From positions 19,532 to 51,531 of the forward strand of contig NZ_KK211322.1 of the NCBI RefSeq assembly GCF_000621645.1: a stretch of DNA of 32,000 nucleotides, in the 5' to 3' direction. The notes under the pieces were generated by a model, which saw only the letters and a list, made by a program, of their open reading frames with translations, was not told the DNA's origin and made no database searches. How positions within the stretch are numbered: position 1 is the stretch's first letter; each line of letters begins with the position of its first letter. Position numbers and translations under genes: made by a program. The stretch is from Vibrio cholerae ATCC 14035. Lineage in GTDB: Bacteria > Pseudomonadota > Gammaproteobacteria > Enterobacterales > Vibrionaceae. Below are positions 8,592 through 19,000 of this stretch, piece by piece.

Positions 8592-8945
8592 ATGGATAAA
8601 GTGTTTATTGAACAGTTGGAAGTGATCACGACGATTGGGGTCTACGACTGGGAACAGCAGATCAAGCAGAAATTGGTGCTCGATCTGGAAATGGCGCACG
8701 ACAACCGTGCAGCGGGAAAAAGTGATGATGTAGCGGATGCTCTGGACTATGCCCAAGTCAGCCAAGCTGTGCTGGAGCATATCGAACAAGGGCGTTTTTT
8801 ACTGGTAGAGCGTGTGGCTGAAGAAGTGGCTGAACTGATCATGACTCGCTTTGCTGTGCCTTGGCTCCGCATCCGCTTGACCAAGCCGGGCGCAGTGCCG
8901 CAAGCCAAAGGAGTCGGCGTGATCATCGAGCGAGCGCGTGGATGA
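8592..8945 (+). CDS. folB: Dihydroneopterin aldolase FolB (117 aa)
   Basis: Track ORF 8556..8945 trimmed to the ATG at 8592. MDKVFIEQLEVITTIGVYDWEQQIKQKLVLDLEMAHDNRAAGKSDDVADALDY matches E. coli FolB MDIVFIEQLSVITTIGVYDWEQTIEQKLVFDIEMAWDN. Confidence 0.95.
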   Translation: MDKVFIEQLEVITTIGVYDWEQQIKQKLVLDLEMAHDNRAAGKSDDVADALDYAQVSQAVLEHIEQGRFLLVERVAEEVAELIMTRFAVPWLRIRLTKPGAVPQAKGVGVIIERARG

Positions 8946-9448
8946 TCACCGCTTATATTGGTGTGGGCTCAAATCAGGATCGCCATCAGTCGATTGAAGC
9001 TGGCCTTCGTGCATTAGCCGAGCTGGCGAGCCAGTGGCGTCTGTCCACGATTTATGAGTGTCCATCCGTTGGGTTTGCCAGCCATCCTTTCTTCAATCTG
9101 ATGGTTGAGATGGAGACAGAGCTCGCGCTGCCTGAATTGATGAAGCAGTTAAAAGCGATCGAGCTGCGTTGTGGCCGTTTGCCGAATGCACAAAAGTATC
9201 AGGATCGAACACTGGATCTTGATATTGTGCTGTATGGCGATTGTGTATCGGAGAATGATCCAGTGCTGCCTCGACCGGATATCTATCGCTATCCGTTTGT
9301 GATTCAACCTTTATATGAGCTCTGTCCGCAGCGAGTGATTGCTGGTGATGGTCGAACTGTTGAGCAGATTTGGCAACAAGCGCAGGATTTAGCATCACTC
9401 ACCCCAGTACCGATCTGGTTTTCTATTAACGAGAAGAAACAATCATGA
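8942..9448 (+). CDS. folK: HPPK-like protein (168 aa), related to 6-hydroxymethyl-7,8-dihydropterin pyrophosphokinase but divergent
   Basis: Track ORF 8861..9448 trimmed to the ATG at 8942, which overlaps the folB stop (ATGA). The N-terminal AYIGVGSN and the [12 protein letters not shown] blocks match HPPK signatures (E. coli AYIAIGSN, PRTLDLDIMLFG). The C-terminal nucleotide-binding segment is divergent (see findings). Confidence 0.8.
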
Positions 9449-10248
9449 GTTATTTTGAGTCGTTCATTCTGGCTTTAATTCAAGGCTTTACCGAGTTTTT
9501 ACCGATTTCTAGCTCCGCACACCTGATCTTGCCTTCGGCTATTTTAGGTTGGGAAGATCAAGGCTTGGCCTTTGATGTGGCGGTACACGTGGGAACGCTC
9601 GCCGCGGTCGTGCTCTATTTTCGAAAAGAAGTGGTTTCGTTATTAAGTGCTTTTTTTGCTTCGATTTTTAAAGGTGATCGCAGCAAAGAAGCCAAATTGG
9701 CGTGGTTGATCGTGCTGGCTACGATTCCGGCTTGTCTGTTCGGTTTTGTGATGAAAGATATTGTTGAGCTCTATTTGCGCAGCGCTTGGGTTATCGCGAC
9801 AACGACTATCGTGTTTGGCCTTTTACTCTGGTATGTCGATAAACATGCAGAGCTCAAAGCCGACGAATATCAAGCGGATTGGAAAAAAGCGCTGTTTATT
9901 GGTTTGGCGCAGGCCGTGGCTATTATTCCTGGCACTTCACGCTCTGGTGCAACCATCACTGCTGCGCTCTATCTTGGCTTTACCCGTGAAGCGGCGGCGC
10001 GTTTTTCATTCTTAATGTCGATTCCAATTATCGTATTGGCGGGCAGTTATCTCGGATTGAAACTGGTGACCAGTGGTGAACCCGTACACAGCGGTTTCTT
10101 ACTGACAGGCATCATCACTTCATTTATCAGTGCTTACATCTGTATTCACTTCTTCCTGAAGCTCATCTCTCGTATGGGCATGACCCCGTTTGTGATTTAT
10201 CGCTTAGTGCTTGGTGTAGGCTTATTTGCGTTTTTATTAACTCAATAA
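9445..10248 (+). CDS. uppP: Undecaprenyl-diphosphate phosphatase UppP/BacA (267 aa)
   Basis: [29 protein letters not shown]...[10 protein letters not shown] carries the UppP signature motifs. The ATG overlaps the folK-like stop (ATGA at 9445-9448). Confidence 0.96.
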
Positions 10249-10312
10249 TCACCTGCCAGCAAGCGCCTTTTCTAGGCTTTATGGTATAAATAGGCAGCAT
10301 TCGAGCAAGTGA

Positions 10313-10342
10313 CCAACGCCACGATTTTGTGGCGTTGGTTTT
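10313..10342 (+). terminator. Strong Rho-independent terminator after uppP
   Basis: Perfect 10-bp stem ccaacgccac (10313-10322) / gtggcgttgg (10329-10338) with a 6-nt loop, followed by TTTT (10339-10342). Confidence 0.8.
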
Positions 10343-10362
10343 GAAAGAAAGATGGATTGGTT

Positions 10363-10647
10363 ATGCGAGTATTTGCTTTGACCCTAAGCCTGCTATTGGT
10401 CTGGCTGCTTTATACCCTGATGTGGGGCAAAAACGGTGTGATGGATTTTCGCGCTGTACAAGCGGAAATTGAAGTGCAGCAGCAGGTGAATGCCAACCTT
10501 CACCTACGCAACCAAGAGATGTTTGCTGAAATTGATGACCTGCGCCAAGGGCTAGATGCGATTGAAGAGCGTGCCCGTAACGAATTGGGTATGGTCAAAG
10601 ATGGAGAAACCTTCTATCGCATCATCGGTGAGGAGTCGCGCCAATGA
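10363..10647 (+). CDS. ftsB: Cell division protein FtsB (94 aa from ATG 10363; the track uses TTG 10357)
   Basis: [87 protein letters not shown] is collinear with E. coli FtsB (..LWFGKNGIHDY...[29 protein letters not shown]). The ATG is preferred over the TTG two codons upstream. Confidence 0.93.
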   Translation: MRVFALTLSLLLVWLLYTLMWGKNGVMDFRAVQAEIEVQQQVNANLHLRNQEMFAEIDDLRQGLDAIEERARNELGMVKDGETFYRIIGEESRQ

Positions 10648-11342
10648 ACAACATGACAGCGATTGTCCCCGCCGCGGGTGTGGGTCGCCGCATGCAAGCG
10701 GATCGCCCTAAGCAGTATTTAACCTTGCTCGATAAAACGGTGCTCGAACACACCGTTGAACATCTTTTAGAACATCCTCTCATCGAACACGTGGTAGTGG
10801 CGGTGAGTGCTGATGACCCCTATTTTGCGAATTTGCCTCTGGCGCATCATCCGCGTGTGATTCGTGTCGATGGCGGCAAAGAGCGGGCGGATTCGGTATT
10901 GTCGGCACTGGAGTATGTCTGCCAGCATCGCCTCAGTGAATGGGTATTGGTGCATGATGCGGCGCGTCCGTGTGTGACTCACGCCGATATCACTCAGCTC
11001 ATCACCACGGCTTTAGCTCATCCGATTGGTGCGATTTTGGCCTCGCCCGTGCGGGATACCATGAAACGTGGCGATCACTTACAGCAGATTGTGCATACGG
11101 TCGATCGCACTGCGCTCTGGCATGCGCTGACACCGCAAATGTTTCGTGCCCAATCACTGCGTGAGAGGTTATTCGCCGCTTTACAGCAGCAAGTCACGAT
11201 TACCGATGAAGCCTCAGCCTTTGAATGGTGTGGTGAAAAGCCTGCTTTAGTGGCAGGACGTGCCGATAATCTCAAAATTACTCAACCTGAAGATCTCGCG
11301 TTGGCCGAGTTCTATTTAAGTCGTAATAAGGAAAAATCATGA
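10644..11342 (+). CDS. ispD: 2-C-methyl-D-erythritol 4-phosphate cytidylyltransferase IspD (232 aa)
   Basis: [22 protein letters not shown]-loop-like motif; [10 protein letters not shown]. The ATG overlaps the ftsB stop (ATGA), with an AGGAG Shine-Dalgarno at 10631-10635. Confidence 0.96.
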   Translation: MNNMTAIVPAAGVGRRMQADRPKQYLTLLDKTVLEHTVEHLLEHPLIEHVVVAVSADDPYFANLPLAHHPRVIRVDGGKERADSVLSALEYVCQHRLSEWVLVHDAARPCVTHADITQLITTALAHPIGAILASPVRDTMKRGDHLQQIVHTVDRTALWHALTPQMFRAQSLRERLFAALQQQVTITDEASAFEWCGEKPALVAGRADNLKITQPEDLALAEFYLSRNKEKS

Positions 11343-11815
11343 TCAGAATTGGCCACGGCTTTGATGTACACCGTTTTGGCGGCGAAGGTCCCATCATTAT
11401 TGGTGGAGTGAAGATCCCTTATGAACAAGGATTGATCGCCCATTCTGACGGTGATGTGGCACTGCACGCATTAAGTGATGCCTTGCTCGGCGCGATTGCT
11501 GCCGGAGACATTGGCCGCCACTTCCCGGATACCGATGATAAATGGAAAGGGGCAGACAGCCGCGAGCTCCTCAAAGATGTGTATCGCCGTGTCAAGGCGC
11601 AAGGTTATGTGCTTGGTAATGCGGACGTCACTATCATTGCCCAAGCGCCGAAAATGGCCCCTTATATTCAGGCGATGTGCGCGGCGATTGCCGAAGATCT
11701 GGAAACCGATCTGGGCAACATCAATGTCAAAGCGACCACGACAGAAAAACTCGGCTTTACCGGACGTAAAGAAGGTATTGCCTGTGAAGCGGTTGTACTT
11801 TTGCGCAAAGCTTAA
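11339..11815 (+). CDS. ispF: 2-C-methyl-D-erythritol 2,4-cyclodiphosphate synthase IspF (158 aa)
   Basis: [52 protein letters not shown] is the canonical IspF N-terminus. ATGA overlap with ispD. Confidence 0.97.
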   Translation: MIRIGHGFDVHRFGGEGPIIIGGVKIPYEQGLIAHSDGDVALHALSDALLGAIAAGDIGRHFPDTDDKWKGADSRELLKDVYRRVKAQGYVLGNADVTIIAQAPKMAPYIQAMCAAIAEDLETDLGNINVKATTTEKLGFTGRKEGIACEAVVLLRKA

Positions 11816-11844
11816 CTCAGCCTATAAAAAATTTTGGAATTAAG

Positions 11845-12930
11845 ATGACTGATATTCTCTCTCCTCTGGCTTATTTGTGCGGTAAACCGACTGCGAAGGC
11901 CAAACTCAAAGCGCTGCCAGAACACTTCCAAGTCAATGAAGTGTTGGGCTACTCCTTAACGGGACACGGCGAGCACTTGATGGTGCGTATTCGTAAGACA
12001 GGGGAGAACACCAGCTTTGTGGCCAATGAATTAGCCAAAGCCTGTGGCGTACCTTCACGCGCGGTGAGCTGGGCGGGTTTAAAAGACAGGCATGCCGTTA
12101 CCGAGCAGTGGTTGAGTGTGCATCTGCCGAATGGCGAAACGCCGGATTTCTCTGCGTTTCTAGCACAATACCCTAGCATTGAAATTCTTGAGGTGACTCG
12201 CCACGACAAAAAGCTTCGTCCGGGTGATTTGCAAGGCAATGAATTTGTCGTCACCCTATCGGAAGTAAGCGATGTTGCAGCGGTATTAAGCCGTTTAGAA
12301 ACGGTTGCTGAATTGGGCGTTCCCAATTACTTCGGTAGCCAGCGTTTTGGACGTCATGGCAATAACCTCAGTGAGGCGCGCCGTTGGGGGCGTGACAATG
12401 TCCGTTCGCGCAATCAGAATCAGCGCAGCTTATATCTGTCTGCGGCTCGTTCGTGGATTTTCAACCAGATTGTCTCAAAGCGAATTGAGCAGGGCTGTTT
12501 TGCCCGCTTTATTGAAGGTGATATCGCTTTAGCTGAGCAGCAAATGTTTAATGTTGATGGTGATTTAGCCCTTTGGGATCAGCGTTTGCAAGCTGGAGAA
12601 GTAGCGATTTCAGCGGCTTTGGCGGGCGATAATGCCTTGCCGACTTCTGGTCAAGCCTTGCCACTGGAACAAGCTGAATTGGATGCAGAGCCCGATTTAA
12701 TGGCGCTGATCCGGGGGAATCGTATGCGCCATGATCGCCGTGCGATCGCCTTAAAAGCGCAAAACTTAAGCTGGCAAGTGCAAGAAGATCAAATCACTCT
12801 GCGTTTCTCATTGGATGCGGGTAGCTTTGCCACTTCCTTAGTGCGTGAATTGATCGAAGAGATCCCAGTGGTGCGTCATTACGATCAAGGCCATGAACAA
12901 GAGAGCCGCGATTCAGAGAGCGAAGATTAA
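11845..12930 (+). CDS. truD: tRNA pseudouridine(13) synthase TruD (361 aa)
   Basis: [37 protein letters not shown] (catalytic Asp motif), [11 protein letters not shown] and [15 protein letters not shown] are all collinear with E. coli TruD. Acidic C-terminal tail. Confidence 0.95.
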   Translation: MTDILSPLAYLCGKPTAKAKLKALPEHFQVNEVLGYSLTGHGEHLMVRIRKTGENTSFVANELAKACGVPSRAVSWAGLKDRHAVTEQWLSVHLPNGETPDFSAFLAQYPSIEILEVTRHDKKLRPGDLQGNEFVVTLSEVSDVAAVLSRLETVAELGVPNYFGSQRFGRHGNNLSEARRWGRDNVRSRNQNQRSLYLSAARSWIFNQIVSKRIEQGCFARFIEGDIALAEQQMFNVDGDLALWDQRLQAGEVAISAALAGDNALPTSGQALPLEQAELDAEPDLMALIRGNRMRHDRRAIALKAQNLSWQVQEDQITLRFSLDAGSFATSLVRELIEEIPVVRHYDQGHEQESRDSESED

Positions 12931-12931
12931 G

Positions 12932-13684
12932 ATGAAGATTCTACTCAGTAACGATGATGGCGTTTACGCACAAGGCATTCATGCTTTGGCGGATGCATTG
13001 CGTGATTTAGCGGAGATTGTGATTGTCGCGCCGGATCGTAACCGCAGTGGTGCCTCGAATTCACTGACCTTAGAGCATCCATTACGAGTGTCGCAAATTG
13101 CCGAGAATACCTATTCCGTGCAAGGTACCCCGACTGATTGCGTGCACTTTGCGCTTAATGAACTGATGAAAGACGCGCTACCGGATCTGGTACTGAGCGG
13201 AATCAATCACGGAGCTAACTTGGGTGATGATGTGCTCTATTCCGGTACGGTGGCGGCGGCAATGGAAGGGCATTTTCTTGGCGTGCAGTCGATCGCCTTT
13301 TCTCTGGCGGGAACTACTCATTTTGCTAGTGCTGCTCACTTTGTGCGTCAATTGGTCGAGCAACATCTGGCTAACCCGATTCCGACCAATCGCTTACTTA
13401 ACGTGAATATTCCGGATCGACCTTTAGAACTCATTCAAGGTATTGAAGTCACACGCTTAGGTGCGCGGCATCACGCCGAAAGCATGATAAAGCAGAAAGA
13501 TCCGCGTGGGCATGATATTTATTGGCTTGGTCCTCCGGGTAAAGAGCAAGATGCCGGTCCGGGAACGGATTTTCATGCGATTGAACGTGGCTGGGTGTCA
13601 CTCACGCCGCTACAAGTTGACCTAACGGCACATGAGTCACTGCGTAGCATGGATCATTGGTTAAAGGAAAAGGTGAATGGCTAA
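12932..13684 (+). CDS. surE: 5'/3'-nucleotidase SurE (250 aa)
   Basis: Track ORF 12893..13684 trimmed to the ATG at 12932, 1 nt after the truD stop. [40 protein letters not shown] matches E. coli Sur[18 protein letters not shown]. Confidence 0.95.
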
Positions 13685-14303
13685 CCCAAAAGCCGACAGA
13701 CTGATTCAATTTTTAACTGAGCAGGGGATTACCTCACCACAAGTGTTGGCGGCAATCCATGCACTGCCACGCGAGTTTTTCGTCGCACCGGCCATGATGC
13801 ATCAAGCTTATGACAATAATGCCCTGCCCATAGGTCAAGGCCAGACCATCTCGCAACCCTATATCGTGGCGAAGATGACAGAGCTACTGGCGTTAACCCC
13901 AGAAACCAAAGTGCTAGAAATTGGTACGGGCTCTGGTTATCAAACCGCAGTGCTCGCCAAACTGGTTAATCATGTGTTTACTGTTGAGCGGATCAAAACC
14001 CTGCAATGGGATGCGAAAAGACGCTTGAAACAGTTGGATATCTATAACGTGTCGACGAAACATGGCGATGGCTGGCAAGGTTGGCCCGCTCGTGGACCTT
14101 TTGATGCGATCCTTGTGACGGCTGCTGCGGCAAAAGTGCCGCAAAGTCTATTGGATCAGCTTGCTGAGGGTGGTCGTATGGTGATCCCTGTGGGCGAAGA
14201 CGAGCAATATCTGTACAAAATTGTGCGTCAAGGTGGGCAGTTTATCTCTGAGCGGGTTGAAGCTGTGCGTTTTGTGCCACTGGTCGCGGGAGATCTTGCC
14301 TGA
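13677..14303 (+). CDS. pcm: Protein-L-isoaspartate O-methyltransferase Pcm (208 aa)
   Basis: [23 protein letters not shown] and [16 protein letters not shown] (SAM-binding motif). 8-nt overlap with surE. Confidence 0.96.
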
Positions 14304-15238
14304 TGACGCTTTACTCTTTCCGACTGGGCTTATTATTGTTTTGCAGCTTATTATTCGGCTGTACTGCACCTACGCCAGCACCAGTCTCTGGATTGGGTAA
14401 AGATTACAACAAAGTTGAGCGTGGTAGTTACCGCGGAAGTTACTATGAAGTTAAAAAAGGCGACACGCTCTATTTTATTGCCTACCTCACAGATAAAGAT
14501 GTAAATGATCTGATCAGTTACAACGATCTCGCTCCACCTTACACCATTCATCCTGGGCAAAAAATTAAGCTCTGGTTACCTAATTATACTCCTCCTGCTT
14601 ATGGTGGAACGGGCGGTGCAGCTACCGTGGCTGTGGCTTCAAGCACAAGTGCAAGTGTTGCCAAAGCGGCGACGACGGCAACAGTTGCTCAAACCGTGAG
14701 CAAAAGCTCTAATACCAAAAATGTACAAAATGGGTCAACGAATAGTCAAAATTTGACTAAAAAAGATCCAGTTAAGACGGTTGATCAAACAAAAACAAAG
14801 GAGTATGTTGAACCTGTCGGTAAACAAAATGTTAATGTTAATGTAGCAAAAGCTAAACCTTCGGATGAGAAGATAGCGAAGTGGCTATGGCCGACAAAAG
14901 GTAGAGTCATAAAGAACTTTTCTGCGGGCGATCAAGGCAACAAAGGGATAGACATTGCTGGCCAACGTGGTCAGGCTGTCGTTGCTACTGCAGATGGAAC
15001 CGTAGTGTATTCGGGCAACGCATTACGTGGTTATGGCAACCTAATCATCATAAAACATAATGAGCACTATTTAAGTGCCTATGCCCACAATGATCAGCTG
15101 CTAGCAAAGGAAGGACAAACTGTGCAAGCAGGCCAGAAGATCGCCACCATGGGAAGTTCTGGTACCAACAGCGTACGCTTGCACTTTGAGATCCGTTATC
15201 AAGGGAAGTCAGTGAATCCTAAACGCTACTTACCTTAA
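14303..15238 (+). CDS. nlpD: Lipoprotein NlpD: LysM domain, low-complexity linker and a degenerate LytM (M23) domain (311 aa)
   Basis: Signal peptide with lipobox LLFGC. LysM block YYEVKKGDTLYFIAYL..NDL..IHPGQKIKL. Ala/Thr/Ser/Asn/Lys-rich linker. The C-terminal M23 fold reads NKGIDIAG and RLHFEIR instead of the catalytic H..D and HxH, the same substitutions as in E. coli NlpD (an amidase activator, not a peptidase). The start overlaps the pcm stop by 1 nt. Confidence 0.93.
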   Translation: MTLYSFRLGLLLFCSLLFGCTAPTPAPVSGLGKDYNKVERGSYRGSYYEVKKGDTLYFIAYLTDKDVNDLISYNDLAPPYTIHPGQKIKLWLPNYTPPAYGGTGGAATVAVASSTSASVAKAATTATVAQTVSKSSNTKNVQNGSTNSQNLTKKDPVKTVDQTKTKEYVEPVGKQNVNVNVAKAKPSDEKIAKWLWPTKGRVIKNFSAGDQGNKGIDIAGQRGQAVVATADGTVVYSGNALRGYGNLIIIKHNEHYLSAYAHNDQLLAKEGQTVQAGQKIATMGSSGTNSVRLHFEIRYQGKSVNPKRYLP

Positions 15239-15311
15239 CTCATATTGCTAAGGTCATACTGCAAAGGTTGTAAATCGCAATGACTCGCAAAGTTGCCAGG
15301 GGGAGGCCGCT

Positions 15312-16319
15312 ATGAGTGTCAGCAATACCGTAACCAAAGTAGAAGAGTTCGATTTTGAAGATGAAGCACTGGAAGTGCTAGAAACTGATGCCGAGCTCAC
15401 CAGTGATGAAGAATTAGTTGCTGTTGAAGGGGCAAGTGAAGACGTTCGTGAAGAGTTTGATGCTTCTGCGAAAAGTCTTGATGCGACCCAGATGTATCTC
15501 AGCGAAATTGGTTTTTCACCGCTCCTTACTGCCGAAGAAGAAGTGCTTTATGCTCGTCGTGCCTTACGTGGTGATGAAGCCGCACGTAAACGCATGATTG
15601 AAAGTAACTTGCGTCTGGTGGTAAAAATTTCACGCCGTTACAGCAACCGAGGATTAGCACTGCTCGATCTGATTGAAGAAGGTAATCTTGGTCTGATCCG
15701 TGCGGTTGAGAAATTCGATCCAGAACGCGGTTTCCGCTTCTCTACCTACGCAACATGGTGGATCCGTCAAACCATTGAACGTGCGCTGATGAACCAAACA
15801 CGCACCATTCGTCTACCGATTCATGTCGTCAAAGAGCTGAACATTTATTTGCGTACTGCTCGCGAATTATCACAGCGCCTTGACCACGAACCTACACCAG
15901 AAGAAATTGCTCTTGAGTTAGACCGACCTGTCGATGATGTCACTAAGATGCTGCGTCTTAACGAACGGATCAGCTCAGTGGATACGCCAATTGGTGGGGA
16001 TGGAGATAAGGCACTGCTGGATATTTTGCCAGACTCTCACAATGCCGATCCTGAGTTTTCAACTCAAGATGATGACATTCGTGAATCGCTGCTCAACTGG
16101 TTGGATGAACTTAATCCAAAGCAAAAAGAAGTGCTTGCGCGTCGCTTTGGGCTTCTTGGCTATGAACCATCGACCTTGGAAGAAGTGGGTCGTGAGATCA
16201 ATCTCACTCGTGAGCGTGTTCGCCAAATCCAAGTGGAAGGTCTACGTCGTCTGCGTGAGATTTTGGTGAAACAAGGTTTGAATATGGAAGCGCTGTTTAG
16301 CGTCGAATACGACAACTAA
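15312..16319 (+). CDS. rpoS: Stationary-phase sigma factor RpoS (335 aa)
   Basis: [79 protein letters not shown] and [37 protein letters not shown] Shine-Dalgarno lies upstream. It follows nlpD, as in enterics. Confidence 0.98.
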   Translation: MSVSNTVTKVEEFDFEDEALEVLETDAELTSDEELVAVEGASEDVREEFDASAKSLDATQMYLSEIGFSPLLTAEEEVLYARRALRGDEAARKRMIESNLRLVVKISRRYSNRGLALLDLIEEGNLGLIRAVEKFDPERGFRFSTYATWWIRQTIERALMNQTRTIRLPIHVVKELNIYLRTARELSQRLDHEPTPEEIALELDRPVDDVTKMLRLNERISSVDTPIGGDGDKALLDILPDSHNADPEFSTQDDDIRESLLNWLDELNPKQKEVLARRFGLLGYEPSTLEEVGREINLTRERVRQIQVEGLRRLREILVKQGLNMEALFSVEYDN

Positions 16320-16342
16320 TTTTTCCAGACTCATCCAAAACT

Positions 16343-16372
16343 AAGGCACCCGGTGGGGTGCCTTGTTGTTTC
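16343..16372 (+). terminator. Shared (bidirectional) terminator between convergent rpoS and mutS
   Basis: 9-bp GC-rich stem aaggcaccc (16343-16351) / gggtgcctt (16356-16364) with a 4-nt loop. It is followed by GTTGTTTCT on the plus strand and by AGTTTTGG on the minus strand. A second small hairpin, ggaatc/gattcc (16374-16389), lies on the mutS side. Confidence 0.75.
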
Positions 16373-16411
16373 TGGAATCTGTAGATTCCATGCTTGAGAT
16401 ATGGGCAATAA

Positions 16412-19000
16412 CTAGAGCAGCTTTTTCAATTGATAGAGCATATCTAGAGCTTGGCGAGGAGTGAGCTGGTCAGGATCTACGCCTGCCAAGGCTTGCTCAA
16501 CAGCACTCGGCTCAGGAATTAAGCTCAGCTGGTTGGCAATATCGACGCGGCTTGGCTTACGAGTCTCGGCAGGTTGTGAGCTTAATAGCTCAAGTTGTTG
16601 TAATTTGGCGCGCGCATTTTTAATCACGGGCTTGGGTACGCCAGCCAGTCCTGCTACGGCTAAACCATACGATTTACTCGCGGCACCCTCTTGCACTGCG
16701 TGCATAAAGGCGATGCCATCACCATGTTCAACCGCATCTAAATGAACATTCGCTAGATGAGGTAACACATTCGGCAGTTCGGTTAACTCAAAATAGTGAG
16801 TAGCAAACAGCGTCATGGCACCAATCTCTTTGGCAAGCCACTCGGCACTCGCCCAAGCGAGCGAGAGTCCGTCATAAGTACTGGTACCGCGGCCAATCTC
16901 ATCCATCAACACCAAACTGTTACGGGTCGCATTGTGCAAAATATTGGCGGTTTCCGTCATCTCCACCATAAAGGTTGAGCGGCCGGACGCAAGATCATCG
17001 GACGCGCCGATACGGGTAAAAATACGATCTAGTGGGCCGATTGACGCACTTTCAGCCGGCACATAACTACCGATATGCGCCATCAGTGCAATCAAGGCGG
17101 TTTGACGCATGTAAGTCGATTTACCGCCCATATTCGGACCAGTAATGATCAGCATGCGTCGCTGTGGATTAAGTTCGATCGGGTTGGCGATAAACGGCTC
17201 ATTCATTACTCGCTCTACCACAGGGTGGCGACCACCTTGGATGTGAATGCCCGCTTCTTGAACCAGCGTTGGGCGACAATATTCCAAGTTTTCTGCGCGC
17301 TCTGCGAGGTTTTGCAGCACATCCAATTGAGCAACGGAAGCCGCCAGTTGTTGCAGCTGCTCAAGATGCGGCATCAGCAAATCGAACAACTCTTCCCACA
17401 GCTGTTTTTCTAACGCTAAAGCACGAGACTTAGAATTGAGCACTTTATCTTCATGCTGTTTAAGTTCTTCGATGATGTAACGCTCAGCATTTTTTAAGGT
17501 TTGACGGCGTACATAGTGGGGAGGCACTAAATGGCTCTGACCCCGGCTCACTTGAATGTAGAAACCGTGCACATTGTTATAACCCACTTTCAGGGTATCA
17601 ATGCCGTGACGATCGCGCTCTTCGGCTTCCAAGCGTTCCAGAAATTCGGTTGCGCCATTGGCTAAATCGCGCCATTCATCGAGTTCGGCACTGTAACCAT
17701 CGGCGATCACGCCACCATCGCGGATCACCACGGGTGGGTTTTCTTTGATCGCACGTTCGAGTAAATCGCACAATTCATCCATTGGCTCGGCATGGGTGCG
17801 TAGCTCGGTAAGGTGAGGCTGCTTAAGCTCGCTCATGACCGAGTGCAATTCAGGTAACTGCTGCATGGCATGGCGTAGGCGAGCTAAATCGCGCGGCCGC
17901 GCTGAACGCAGCGCTAGACGGGCGAGGATCCGTTCAATATCGCCAATCTGTTTGAGCACGGGATGCAGTTCCCCATACAAAGCGGTTTCTTTGAGCTCAG
18001 TGATCGCATCTAAACGCTGATTGAGAGTGGCGTTATCGCGCATCGGTTGGTGGATCCAACGTTTGAGCATGCGGCTGCCCATGGGGGTAGCACAATGGTC
18101 GAGTACTTCTGCAAGCGTGTTATCTGTTCCACCCGCCAAGTTATGAGTGAGTTCAAGGTTGCGCCGCGTCGCGGCATCCAAAATCACCGATTGATCTTGG
18201 CGATCCCAAGTCAGTGAACGAATGTGTGGCAAAGCGGTACGCTGAGTATCTTTGACGTATTGGATCAAGCAGCCTGCTGCGCACAAGCCAAGTTTTGCTT
18301 GCTCAACCCCAAAGCCAACCAGATCGCGCGTGCCAAATTGCTGGTTGAGCTGCTGTTTCGCGGTATCGAGTTCAAATTCCCAAATCGGGCGACGGCGGTT
18401 GCCTTGGCGGCTTGCCATTAGATGCACTGGCGAAAAATCTTCAGGAAACAAGAGTTCACGAGGCGAAGTGCGTTGCAGCTCGGCGGCCATCTCTTCTTCG
18501 GTTTGCGGCTCACTGAGCTGAAAACGACCGGAGGTGATATCCATGGTTGCATAACCAAAGCGGCCGTTATGGTGATAAATCGCCGCGATCAGGTTATCGA
18601 CTCGCTCTGAGAGCAGGGCTTCATCGGTCACCGTTCCCGGTGTCACAATCCGCACTACTTTGCGCTCAACGGGGCCTTTGCTGGTGGCTGGATCGCCAAT
18701 CTGTTCGCAGATCGCGACCGATTCCCCCATCTGGACGAGTTTCGCCAAATAACCTTCCACGGCATGGAAAGGCACACCCGCCATAGGAATGGGTTCACCC
18801 GCCGATGCGCCGCGTTTGGTTAAGGAAATATCTAGCAGTTCAGAGGCGCGTTTGGCATCGTCATAAAACAGTTCGTAAAAATCACCCATGCGATAGAACA
18901 GCAGAATGTCTGGGTTTTCCGCCTTGAGTCTTAAATACTGTTGCATCATCGGGGTGTGGTGCGAAAGAGACTCGCTCGGTGAGGCGTTCGATTTCATCAT
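16412..19000 (-). CDS. mutS: DNA mismatch repair protein MutS (862 aa)
   Basis: Track ORF 16412..19072 trimmed to the ATG at 19000 (the next ATG, 18997, is equally possible). ...[65 protein letters not shown] aligns with E. coli MutS from its residue 9 or so. Walker [10 protein letters not shown] and STFMVEMTE are present. Confidence 0.97.
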   Translation of the reverse strand: MMKSNASPSESLSHHTPMMQQYLRLKAENPDILLFYRMGDFYELFYDDAKRASELLDISLTKRGASAGEPIPMAGVPFHAVEGYLAKLVQMGESVAICEQIGDPATSKGPVERKVVRIVTPGTVTDEALLSERVDNLIAAIYHHNGRFGYATMDITSGRFQLSEPQTEEEMAAELQRTSPRELLFPEDFSPVHLMASRQGNRRRPIWEFELDTAKQQLNQQFGTRDLVGFGVEQAKLGLCAAGCLIQYVKDTQRTALPHIRSLTWDRQDQSVILDAATRRNLELTHNLAGGTDNTLAEVLDHCATPMGSRMLKRWIHQPMRDNATLNQRLDAITELKETALYGELHPVLKQIGDIERILARLALRSARPRDLARLRHAMQQLPELHSVMSELKQPHLTELRTHAEPMDELCDLLERAIKENPPVVIRDGGVIADGYSAELDEWRDLANGATEFLERLEAEERDRHGIDTLKVGYNNVHGFYIQVSRGQSHLVPPHYVRRQTLKNAERYIIEELKQHEDKVLNSKSRALALEKQLWEELFDLLMPHLEQLQQLAASVAQLDVLQNLAERAENLEYCRPTLVQEAGIHIQGGRHPVVERVMNEPFIANPIELNPQRRMLIITGPNMGGKSTYMRQTALIALMAHIGSYVPAESASIGPLDRIFTRIGASDDLASGRSTFMVEMTETANILHNATRNSLVLMDEIGRGTSTYDGLSLAWASAEWLAKEIGAMTLFATHYFELTELPNVLPHLANVHLDAVEHGDGIAFMHAVQEGAASKSYGLAVAGLAGVPKPVIKNARAKLQQLELLSSQPAETRKPSRVDIANQLSLIPEPSAVEQALAGVDPDQLTPRQALDMLYQLKKLL

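Noticed and set aside
8556-8941. Longer track versions of folB (from 8556) and the folK-like gene (from 8861); likewise surE from 12893 and recX from GTG 26432
   Set aside because: Homology to E. coli FolB and SurE and to the HPPK N-terminal GSN block begins at the internal ATGs (8592, 8942, 12932). Those starts also give tidy stop/start coupling. For recX, the ATG at 26474 has the only Shine-Dalgarno.
16320-16411. rpoS-mutS intergenic region, a known polymorphic island hotspot in enteric bacteria
   Set aside because: Here the two genes are convergent and separated by only 92 bp, which holds a shared terminator. No inserted genes are present.
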